A DNA stretch of 64,000 nucleotides. It comes from Candidatus Latescibacterota bacterium (GTDB taxonomy: Bacteria; Latescibacterota; UBA2968; GCA-2709665). The stretch spans positions 2,912,001-2,976,000 of the forward strand of contig OZ244937.1 of assembly GCA_965222075.1 (NCBI GenBank), read 5' to 3'. A model generated the notes under the pieces. It had not been told where the DNA came from and ran no database searches. It saw only the letters and a program-made list of their open reading frames with translations. A program made the position numbers and the translations under genes. Shown piece after piece: positions 47,726-56,109 of the stretch (position 1 is its first letter; each line of letters opens with the position of its first letter).

Positions 47726-48868
47726 TCAAGCCCCGCCCGCTCTGATCACAACCACGGTCTTGTCATCCGGCGTCTGCTGATTGCCCAGCTCAAACTGCTC
47801 CGACGCTTCACAGATGGCGCCGGCCAGTTCGGCTGCCGGAAGCGCACGGTACTGATGGACCACCTCCCTGATGCCGTGCTCACCGAAGAAATCCTCCTGT
47901 TTGTTCTGGGCCTCGAACACACCGTCGGAGTAGGTCACCAGGAGATCTCCCGGTGAGAGAGGCGCCTGCTGCTGGCAGTAGGAAGCATCCGGAAACATCC
48001 CCAGCGCAGGGCCCGATGACGCTAAGGACAGTACCTGCCCTTCCTGGAAGAGGAGTGCGGAAGCATGCCCGGCGTTTACATAGGTCACGCTCCCGTGAGG
48101 CGCATCCAGCACCACGTAGAAAAGCGTGACAAATCTTTCCATCTCATTGTCCCGACACAGCACCCGGTTCAGCCTGGTAATCACATCTGAAACCTCATCC
48201 ACGCTCTCTGCCTGTGCGCGTAGAACCCCCTGTGCCTTGGCAATCAGCAGCGCACCCGGGATGCCCTTGCCAGCCGCATCGCCCACGGCCATCCCCACCT
48301 TCCCATCCGGCAGGGGGAGAAAATCGTAAAAGTCCCCGCCAATCTGCCCACTGGGCCTCAGGCGCCCGCCCAGATCCAGCCCTCTCACCTGAGGGGGAGC
48401 TCCGGGAAGAAACCCCTTCTGAATCTCGGCGGCCAGCCTCAACTCCTCCTCAACCCGCTGCATCTTCTCAGCCAGCAGCCGATGCCGTTCGATGGCATAG
48501 CGTATGGCGCGCACCAGCAGGTCGTCATTGACGCGTCCCTTAACCAGGTAATCCTGCGCCCCTTCCTGTACGGCCTGCATAGCAAGTTCTTCGTCATCCA
48601 GACCGGTCAGCACGACAATCGGCACGCCGGGGGCTTGTGAATGCGCCCTCATAAACGTATCGAACCCCTGGCTGTCCGGCAGTGACAGGTCCAACAGGAC
48701 CACGTCGATTCTACCTTCGGCAAGGCGTTCCAATCCCGCCGAAAGCCGATCGGAGTACACCACCTTAAACAGACCGCCTCCCGCCTCATCCAGCATGTCC
48801 TGGATCAGCAGGACATCGTCGGGATCGTCCTCAACCAGCAAAACGTCGATGGGCGTATTGTTCATCAC
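47726..48868 (-). CDS. Receiver + PP2C (SpoIIE/RsbU-type) phosphatase
   Basis: LLVEDD...LLDLSLPD...K; GGDFYD, GDAAGKG, NAGH, YSDG, DDKT. Confidence 0.93.
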   Translation of the reverse strand: MMNNTPIDVLLVEDDPDDVLLIQDMLDEAGGGLFKVVYSDRLSAGLERLAEGRIDVVLLDLSLPDSQGFDTFMRAHSQAPGVPIVVLTGLDDEELAMQAVQEGAQDYLVKGRVNDDLLVRAIRYAIERHRLLAEKMQRVEEELRLAAEIQKGFLPGAPPQVRGLDLGGRLRPSGQIGGDFYDFLPLPDGKVGMAVGDAAGKGIPGALLIAKAQGVLRAQAESVDEVSDVITRLNRVLCRDNEMERFVTLFYVVLDAPHGSVTYVNAGHASALLFQEGQVLSLASSGPALGMFPDASYCQQQAPLSPGDLLVTYSDGVFEAQNKQEDFFGEHGIREVVHQYRALPAAELAGAICEASEQFELGNQQTPDDKTVVVIRAGGA

Positions 48869-48885
48869 CTTTCACTCGCGGTGTG

Positions 48886-49347
48886 TTACTTCCGTGCGGT
48901 TTCGGGTGGAAGCTCAACAATTTCGAACCAGTATTTGCTCAACGTTTTCATCACATCGACCAAAGACTCAAAACTCACCGGTTTGACGATATATCCGCTT
49001 ACGCACAGATCATAGGTACGCAAAATATCTTCCTCTGCCTTTGAAGTCGTCAACACCACAACCGGGATTCGCCGCAGGTCGGGATCGGCCTTGATCTCTT
49101 CAAGCGCCTCACGCCCGTCTTTTTTGGGCATGTTCAAATCCAGCAGGACCAGCCCCGGGCACGGCGAAACGCTCAGGTCAGCGTATTTGCCTCGATGGTA
49201 CAGATAGTCCATCAATTCTTCGCCATCTTCCACAAAGTGTAGAGGGTTGGTCAGCCGGGCCTCTTTAAGCGCATCCTCGATGAGCAGGCGGTCGTCCGCA
49301 TCGTCCTCGGCCACCAGGATCGTGATCGGTCTTCCTTTTTTTTTCAT
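48886..49347 (-). CDS. Single-domain response regulator (Rcp-like)
   Basis: AEDD, LLDLNMPKKDG, VVLTTS, YIVKP, YWF. Confidence 0.93.
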   Translation of the reverse strand: MKKKGRPITILVAEDDADDRLLIEDALKEARLTNPLHFVEDGEELMDYLYHRGKYADLSVSPCPGLVLLDLNMPKKDGREALEEIKADPDLRRIPVVVLTTSKAEEDILRTYDLCVSGYIVKPVSFESLVDVMKTLSKYWFEIVELPPETARK

Positions 49348-51041
49348 GGTATCTCTTCTCCCGCGCGTTGTCTGACGGGCAGGGTAGCGATGAATTTCGC
49401 CCCCTGTCCCGGCCTGCTCTCCGCCGTGATGCTCCCTCTATGGCGCTCTACGATCTTGCGGCAGATCGCCAGGCCCATGCCCGTCCCCTCATATTCGGAC
49501 CGGGTGTGCAGGCGCTGAAAAGGGACGAAGATACGGTCGAGATACTTTTCATCAAGACCGATGCCGTTGTCTTCCACGGTGATCTGACAAACCGCATCGG
49601 CCAAAGACGCCTCGGCCGGACGCTGCACCGCACCGTTATGTGTACCGGAAACCTTGACAACCGGCGCCGCACCCTGCCGGTGAAACTTCAATCCATTCCC
49701 GATCAGGTTCTGGAACAATTGGCGCATCTGCATTGGGTCGGCCTCAATGGTCGGCAAATCGCCCACGTCCACACGTCCCCCTGTGCGCTCGATATGCACT
49801 TCCAGATCGGACACCACCTCTCGCGCCACCTCGGCGAGGTTAATCGGAACAAAGGGCTGAGCCTTCGTCGTGATTCGCGAAAGCGTCAGCAGATCGCTAA
49901 TCAGGACCTGCATCCGCCCCGCCGCATCCTGCATCCGCTCTAAGAAGTCACGCCCCCGGTCGTCGAACGCCTCGCCGTACCTGGCCTTCAACCGGTCACC
50001 AAACGCCTGGAGCTTCCGAAGCGGCTCCTGTAAATCGTGCGATGCCACATATGCGAAATCCTGCAGCTCGCGGTTGCTCTGTTCCAGCCTTGCGGCAAAT
50101 GCCTTCAACTCTTCCTCGGCCCGCTTGCGCTCGGCGATCTCTTTATGAAGCTGTTCATTGGCGGCCTTCAGATCGGCCGTTCGTTCCTCCACCCGCCGCT
50201 CTAACTCATTGTGCGCCTTCCGCAGCGCCTCCTCCGCCCGCTTGCGCCCGGTAATGTCCATGACCGTCCCGAGCAGGTGCACCGATTTGCCAGCCTCGTC
50301 GCGGAAAACCCGCCCTTTGTTTTCCACCCATCGGACCGTGCCGTCGGGCCAGACCGTGCGGTGCTCAACATCGAAGTCTACGCCCTCCTCCACGGCCCGG
50401 GTCACCGCTTGGCTGACGGTTTCGCGGTCTTCGGGGTGAACAAGCTCGTAGAAGGCCTCACGGGTTCCGCCGAAGGTGCCCGGGGCCAGACCGAACAGTG
50501 GTTCCACAGACTCCGACCAGAAAAGGTCACCGGTGAGCAGGTTGGAGTCCCAGGTGCCCATATGGGCGGCGTCTAAGGCCACCTTCAGCCGCACCTCGCT
50601 CTCCCGGAGTGTCTCCCTCGAACGGTGCTGCGCTATTTGAATCAGATGGACCGTCAACGCCAGCAGCACAGCCATCAGAAGTCCCACAGCCAGGATGACT
50701 TCCGGAAGATGGGATTGAACGCGCTCCTGTGCAACCATCGCCTGCCACAGACACAGAGTGGCCATAACGGCGCCGACGCCAATAAGGGCCGGAAGCCACC
50801 GTGGTGCGCCCCTTTCTTCAGCCCTGCCGTCACGCCAGGCAAATGCAATCACGCCAACACCCAGCACTGCAAATCCGGCCGCTGTATGCACGGCCATACG
50901 TGTCAGATGCCCCCAGCCATAGGCCGTCTCAATTCCGCTGAGATAACCGAAAAACACAACCGTACCCAGAGCGGCGGAGGCCCCCCCTGCGACAATCACC
51001 ACGAGATTTGACAAATAATTGGATGCGTTCTCTGTTTTCAT
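49344..51041 (-). CDS. Membrane PAS histidine kinase
   Basis: TM region, PAS/PAC (VHPEDR...DITGRK), FAYVASHDLQEPLRK, NLIGNGLKF, DNGIG, GTGMGL. Confidence 0.93.
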   Translation of the reverse strand: MKTENASNYLSNLVVIVAGGASAALGTVVFFGYLSGIETAYGWGHLTRMAVHTAAGFAVLGVGVIAFAWRDGRAEERGAPRWLPALIGVGAVMATLCLWQAMVAQERVQSHLPEVILAVGLLMAVLLALTVHLIQIAQHRSRETLRESEVRLKVALDAAHMGTWDSNLLTGDLFWSESVEPLFGLAPGTFGGTREAFYELVHPEDRETVSQAVTRAVEEGVDFDVEHRTVWPDGTVRWVENKGRVFRDEAGKSVHLLGTVMDITGRKRAEEALRKAHNELERRVEERTADLKAANEQLHKEIAERKRAEEELKAFAARLEQSNRELQDFAYVASHDLQEPLRKLQAFGDRLKARYGEAFDDRGRDFLERMQDAAGRMQVLISDLLTLSRITTKAQPFVPINLAEVAREVVSDLEVHIERTGGRVDVGDLPTIEADPMQMRQLFQNLIGNGLKFHRQGAAPVVKVSGTHNGAVQRPAEASLADAVCQITVEDNGIGLDEKYLDRIFVPFQRLHTRSEYEGTGMGLAICRKIVERHRGSITAESRPGQGAKFIATLPVRQRAGEEIP

Positions 51042-51272
51042 AGTCTATCCTGCTTATCGGTTGTGCTGTTGCAACTCTGCTTCACTCTCCTGGAGCGCCT
51101 CCACATCAAGATAGCAGGCAGAACATAGCTGTCAAGGCAAAACAGAAGGTGGCGGTGACGGAAATGCGCCATCCCGTGGAACCAAAACGCCCTCGATTTC
51201 ATGATCAAGGATCCGGCTGTAGACAGAGCACCCTTTTCAGGCACTCAGGCCTTTCCCTGGGGGCCCTGACCC

Positions 51273-51644
51273 CTACTTCAGGTCGTCTGGAAGCCGGGTG
51301 GTTGCATCTGCAACGGCCTCCTCGATCTGTTCCCGGGTCAGTCCTCTTGCACCCCTCAAATCGGCTCCGGTAAGATCGGCAAACAGAAGTCTGGCCCCTT
51401 GCAGGTCGCCCCCCCTCAGGTCCGCCCCGCTCAGGTCTGCCCACCCCAGGTCCGCCCCCCTGAAACTGGCGCTGCTGAGGTCTGCTCCGCTCAGATTGAC
51501 CTTTTTCAGGTCCATCTTGCTGAAGTCTCGTCCGCTGAGTTTTGCCCCCGTGAGGCCCGGTCTCAATTTCGGATTCACCTCCCGCCACGCATTCCAAACC
51601 TCCGGTCCCTGGTTGAGCAGAGCAAGGTGTTTTGCAACGGCCAT
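51273..51644 (-). CDS. Pentapeptide repeat protein
   Basis: WNAWRE followed by (L/F)SGAD-type repeats; GGAGG RBS. Confidence 0.9.
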   Translation of the reverse strand: MAVAKHLALLNQGPEVWNAWREVNPKLRPGLTGAKLSGRDFSKMDLKKVNLSGADLSSASFRGADLGWADLSGADLRGGDLQGARLLFADLTGADLRGARGLTREQIEEAVADATTRLPDDLK

Positions 51645-51689
51645 ACAGATCGCCTCCCGATACCGACTGAACCGAAACCTGAAATGTTC

Positions 51690-51719
51690 TTGACAAACCA
51701 ACCTTATCACATTCATAAT
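51690..51719 (+). promoter_or_regulatory. Possible sigma70 promoter upstream of ridA
   Basis: TTGACA-18 nt-CATAAT. A second candidate, TTGATT-16 nt-TATATT, lies at 51771-51798. Confidence 0.5.
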
Positions 51720-52005
51720 GATAAACAGATTTTTGTGAGTTGCAAAGCCATTTGGAAACCCAAAAATCTCTTGATTTCTTGGGTAAAATGGTTATATTTG
51801 ATAGTGGAGATGCAGTCTCCGAAAAAGTGCCTTGAATCTACATGAAGGTGACCCAACCGGAAGTTATTCCACTTTATAAGTGGAACTTCGTCAATAATTT
51901 TCGGCACCTGGTAGGTTAGGCGCTTTTTTTTTACCGGCCGAAAATTCAGTGGAAGACGCGCCTGTCCTGCACAGCCCTAACCCCATAAAGAGGAGGAAAT
52001 CAAAC

Positions 52006-52386
52006 ATGAAAAAGGAAGTGATCACCAGCAATAAAGCCGCCCTTCCCGTGGGACCCTACTCACAGGCCATCCGGGTGGGAGATCTCATCTTTGTTGCGGG
52101 AGAGAAAGGAATCGATCCTGTAATCAACAAGATCGTGGAGGGGGGCATCGCAGCCGAGACCCGTCAGACCCTGGAAAACATCAAGGCCATCCTCGGTGCG
52201 GCCGGGGCGACGATGGAAAACGTGGTCCGCACGGTTGTCTACCTGACCGACATCGGCGACTTCGCGGAAATGAACGCCGTCTACGCCGAATACTTCACCA
52301 CCGACCCACCGGGGCGCTCCTGCGTGCAGGTCGTCGCCCTACCCGCAGGCGCCCATGTGGAGATCGAAGCCACGGCGGCCCTTTAA
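52006..52386 (+). CDS. ridA: RidA/YjgF enamine deaminase
   Basis: GPYSQA, MNAVY, PGRSC, VEIEA; AGGAGG RBS. Confidence 0.92.
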   Translation: MKKEVITSNKAALPVGPYSQAIRVGDLIFVAGEKGIDPVINKIVEGGIAAETRQTLENIKAILGAAGATMENVVRTVVYLTDIGDFAEMNAVYAEYFTTDPPGRSCVQVVALPAGAHVEIEATAAL

Positions 52387-52428
52387 CCACTGGCAATGAA
52401 AAAGGAGGCCCGTGAATGACCCGTATTG

Positions 52429-53274
52429 TCAAACGCGGAAGACCTTTTCCGCATTCTTCCGGGTTATTCGTTCAAACGCATCCACAGACAGATTGGCCGT
52501 TTCAAGATACGCAAGCATGGGCGGCTTGCCCTTTATCGAACAGAATTCCATCGGCCTGGTGTGTATGGTATCTGTGGCAAACATCAGCCGATGCTTCCAG
52601 CGCTTGAGAAAGCCCAGCCCGAATTCAGGATCTCGCGTAATCGCGGTATATCCCGATTGGGCCGAGAGATCGGCGTAAAGGTTTGGGTATTTTTTAAATA
52701 GCTTCTCAACCCGCCCCCCCCGCACCACCGGCCCCCTGGGATAGCGCACCTCGGGCTTGACCGCCCCTGAAATCTCCCGCCAGAAATATTGGGCATGCCC
52801 GACAAACCGGACGTTCTTGTACGTCGCCAGCACCTTCTCGAACCCCCTCAACCCCGGTTTGTCCCGGTTAATCCAGTGGTCAAAATGCATGACCACGGCC
52901 AGCTTCAACCGATCACAAGCCTCGTAGACCCGCTGCTGCATGGGATCGTCCACCGGCAGGCCGCAGAGGTTTTCGCCGTAGCCCACGCATCCCTGGTCCA
53001 TATAGTGGGCAAGAATCGGGTAGGGATCAAACCGCCCCGGATAGCGATGGCGGGGATCGGTCGCACAGAGGGGCAAAAGGCGGTCCCGATGCGGCCTGGT
53101 CATTCGCAGCATCTCTTTTGTTGTCGCGAAAAAATCGAGTTCTTCCGGCACTTCTACCGCCATCACGATCGCCTTTTCAATGCCGTGCCGATCCATCCAG
53201 CGCAAAACCTGCAACGGTTTCAGGCCCGGATCTTCGCGAACAAGCCGCCCCAGATGAACGTGGGTATCGATCAT
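52429..53274 (-). CDS. Amidohydrolase_2 family protein
   Basis: IDTHVH, YGE, MH, GHA, NLYADLSA, MFATD, NAEK. Confidence 0.9.
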   Translation of the reverse strand: MIDTHVHLGRLVREDPGLKPLQVLRWMDRHGIEKAIVMAVEVPEELDFFATTKEMLRMTRPHRDRLLPLCATDPRHRYPGRFDPYPILAHYMDQGCVGYGENLCGLPVDDPMQQRVYEACDRLKLAVVMHFDHWINRDKPGLRGFEKVLATYKNVRFVGHAQYFWREISGAVKPEVRYPRGPVVRGGRVEKLFKKYPNLYADLSAQSGYTAITRDPEFGLGFLKRWKHRLMFATDTIHTRPMEFCSIKGKPPMLAYLETANLSVDAFERITRKNAEKVFRV

Positions 53275-53415
53275 CTCTTCAGCCTCTCCCCCGGTAATAG
53301 TGTGAACGCCCTAAGAAGCATCCGCTCCTCCAAAATAAGTCCAACGCCTCTGAAAGGCAAGCGGTGATACAACCGTTGAAAAAACCGCAAGGCCTCCGGT
53401 CACGAGCTTTTTGTA

Positions 53416-53443
53416 TTGACAACCGCCTGCTCTCGTACATTAT
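53416..53443 (+). promoter_or_regulatory. Possible sigma70 promoter
   Basis: TTGACA-16 nt-CATTAT, about 45 nt before ATG 53488. Confidence 0.45.
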
Positions 53444-53487
53444 TGTCCGCATCGTCAACGATGTAAACTCCAAGAGGAGACAGACAG

Positions 53488-54822
53488 ATGACCAGATTCC
53501 CGTTTGTAAGGAAAAGAGGCTTTGTGTCCTTGATCGCCTGCCTCGTTGCGCTGGTTTTCACCTATAGCAGTACACAGGGGGAAGGTGAGGCGGTCACCGA
53601 AGCAGACGCAAAAGTTGCCAAGCGGTCGGCCAAGGTCTACTTGAAACATGGGGAGACAGAGAAGGCAGCGGAACAGTTAAGAATTGCTATAAAAGGCACC
53701 CCCAACGACAAAGAGACGAAAAAAATGTGGGCGCAACTCTACAAGGAACCGGCCAAAACACTTCTCAAACGGAGAATGTTCGACAAGGCCATTGAACAGT
53801 TTAAACTCACCCTGGAAGGCATTCCCCACGACATGGAATCGCACTACCTGCTGGGCTGGCTCTACTCGGAAAAAGGCCTTATCGACGAGGTGAACCAGCA
53901 GTTCGAAGCAGTCCTTAAACAGGAGAAAGGAAGGAAAAAATATGGAAAAGAGATCCAGCAGATAAGGGAAAATCTGTGGATGCTCAAATACAACGCCGGC
54001 GTGGAAGCGCTCCAGGCCCAGGATTATAACAAAGCCGTAGGTGAATTCCAGTCGGCCGAGAAATGTGTTCCCGACCGGGTGGACACCGTTAAAGGCCTCG
54101 GACTCGCCTACCTGCAGATGGGGCGGCAGAAGGATGGGATCAACGCCTTTCTCAAAGCAGCGTCGCTCGACAGCACCGACGCTTCCACATACATCCGCCT
54201 GGGAGTCGTCTATATTAACACCGGCAAGCACCAGGAAGCGATAAACGCCCTCCGCAAGGCCCACGAACTGAAGCCGGACGACCCGGACGCCCTGGACAAG
54301 CTGGCCATCGCCCAGTTGCGGGCGGACGATATGGCAGGGGCGCTTCAATCCACCGAAAAAGTTCTTAAGATTGCCCCCAACCACCCCAGGTCCCTCAGCA
54401 GGGCGGGACAGTTGTATGTGATGGGAGAAAATTTTGCCCGGGCTGCCGAAGTTCTGGAAAAGGTCGTGGAACAGAAACCAGACGACAAAATCGCCATCTT
54501 CAACCTGGCGACATCGTATAAGGCGTTGAACCAACTCGATAAAGCCGAGACCCTGTTCCAAAAATCCCTGGAATTCAATGCCTCCGACCACGAGGCGTGG
54601 TATCAACTGGGCGTTCTCTACGACAAGCAGAATCGTTTGGACGATGCCATCCAGGCATTCGAGAAAGTCGTCGAAATAACACCTGCAAACGGACAGGCCT
54701 GGAGGGCCCTGGGGCAGACATGTACCCGCAAGTCGGAGACTTCAGAGGGGGAGGTGAAAAAAGAATATGCGAAAAAGGGCGAAGAGGCTCATAAAATGGC
54801 CGACAGCCTGGGGGCACCATAA
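53488..54822 (+). CDS. Exported TPR protein
   Basis: Signal/TM segment followed by about 10 TPRs. Confidence 0.9.
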   Translation: MTRFPFVRKRGFVSLIACLVALVFTYSSTQGEGEAVTEADAKVAKRSAKVYLKHGETEKAAEQLRIAIKGTPNDKETKKMWAQLYKEPAKTLLKRRMFDKAIEQFKLTLEGIPHDMESHYLLGWLYSEKGLIDEVNQQFEAVLKQEKGRKKYGKEIQQIRENLWMLKYNAGVEALQAQDYNKAVGEFQSAEKCVPDRVDTVKGLGLAYLQMGRQKDGINAFLKAASLDSTDASTYIRLGVVYINTGKHQEAINALRKAHELKPDDPDALDKLAIAQLRADDMAGALQSTEKVLKIAPNHPRSLSRAGQLYVMGENFARAAEVLEKVVEQKPDDKIAIFNLATSYKALNQLDKAETLFQKSLEFNASDHEAWYQLGVLYDKQNRLDDAIQAFEKVVEITPANGQAWRALGQTCTRKSETSEGEVKKEYAKKGEEAHKMADSLGAP

Positions 54823-54930
54823 ATGCCCCGCACCCCCTGTAATCGAGCAATCGCAGATGACGACGAGACTTCGCGGGCGATCCATCCTCGATTTACTTGA
54901 ACCCATACGCGGAAAAGAAGCGTTCTGCAT

Positions 54931-54960
54931 AAAAACAGGGTTATGCCAGTAACATAACCC
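54931..54960 (-). terminator. Intrinsic terminator after tonB
   Basis: On the minus strand: GGGTTATG-7 nt-CATAACCC-TGTTTTT. Confidence 0.65.
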
Positions 54961-54995
54961 ATTGTTCCTCAGCTATTCAGACCTGGTCTATCCCC

Positions 54996-55655
54996 TCATC
55001 GAAACCCCTCCAGCTTGAACTCTATGGGAACAACCACCCACACCGGCACCGGCTTGCCGTTCTGGATCGCCGGCTTGAAGACAAACCGCATGACGGCCTT
55101 CAGCGTGGCCTTGTGAAAAATCTCCTTGCCCCTCAGCACCGTCGCCTTTTTCACCCTTCCGTCACTCCCCACGAGAAGCTTCACATCCACGGTGCCCTCC
55201 AGACCGGCCTTCTCTGCCAGGTTCGGATATTCCAGAATCAGTTCGTTGGTCAGTTCCGGCTTTTTCTCCACCTGCCAGATCTCTAAGGGCTCTTCCTCTT
55301 CGCCAAGGTGCACGGACTTATGAGCGCTTATCGGAGGAGGAGGCAGGTCAATCGGGACCTGGTCAAAGACCAGCTCGGTTGTCTCGATCGTTACATCGTC
55401 AGGCACCTCTTCGCTTCCGACTTCGATTGGGACCGCCGGCCGCGGCAGCGAGCGTTGCACCTGGCGCGTCTGCGGAATCTCCTCCATGTGGATCACGATC
55501 TGATTCTTTCGGGACGTAACGGCTCGAATCTTAAAGTTGGGAAGTACGACTGCAGTGATTGCAATCAGGGCAGCGGACAGGAACAGAGAAGCTACGAAAA
55601 CCTTCTTGTACTGTCGCCTCAGATCCGCCTCCGGGTTTTTAGTACGCGTTTTCAT
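54996..55655 (-). CDS. tonB: Energy transducer TonB
   Basis: KNPEADL, TM helix, YPNLAEKAGLEGTV, FKPAIQNGKPV..VPIEF. The start may instead be at 55769. Confidence 0.9.
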   Translation of the reverse strand: MKTRTKNPEADLRRQYKKVFVASLFLSAALIAITAVVLPNFKIRAVTSRKNQIVIHMEEIPQTRQVQRSLPRPAVPIEVGSEEVPDDVTIETTELVFDQVPIDLPPPPISAHKSVHLGEEEEPLEIWQVEKKPELTNELILEYPNLAEKAGLEGTVDVKLLVGSDGRVKKATVLRGKEIFHKATLKAVMRFVFKPAIQNGKPVPVWVVVPIEFKLEGFR

Positions 55656-56109
55656 CCGGATGCGGATGGGGTGATCTGCAAGCAGGCGCTGAAACTGTTC
55701 GCGCTTCTCGCGCAGCCTGGCCAGCGTAGCTAAGAACGTGTTGTCAAAACGGAGGTGAGTAACTTTCATTCTGCGCAACCTCGGAAGCGGCAGTACACGC
55801 AGCACCTATGGGCTCATTCGACCGCGATGGACACAATCAGCAGTTTACGATCGGGGCATTTCCGCATTCGGAGGCAGACCGTAGAAAGAACCGATTCTTT
55901 CTGGATCTTCTGAGGCCCACGTTCGGCAGGCAAATCGCCTATGGGGTGCAGGACCGAAACCGGCTGGGCTGGAGGGGGTGCAACCAGATACCTTTGTTGG
56001 GCGATACCGCTTTTCTCGATCTCGACACTGGGCAGGAAGCGTGTCAACAACGCCGGTCACGCTTCAGTGAAGCCGTTGAATAAAGACAGGCTCTTGGGAT
56101 TGCTGCTCC

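Noticed and set aside
51400-51560. 15-bp periodic DNA repeats
   Set aside because: Explained by the pentapeptide-repeat coding sequence; not CRISPR.
53345-53410. Resemblance to a c-di-GMP-I riboswitch (GGCAA...CGCAAGGCCTCCGGTC)
   Set aside because: No GAAA-capped P2 stem or P3 partner is evident, and it lies upstream of the likely promoter.
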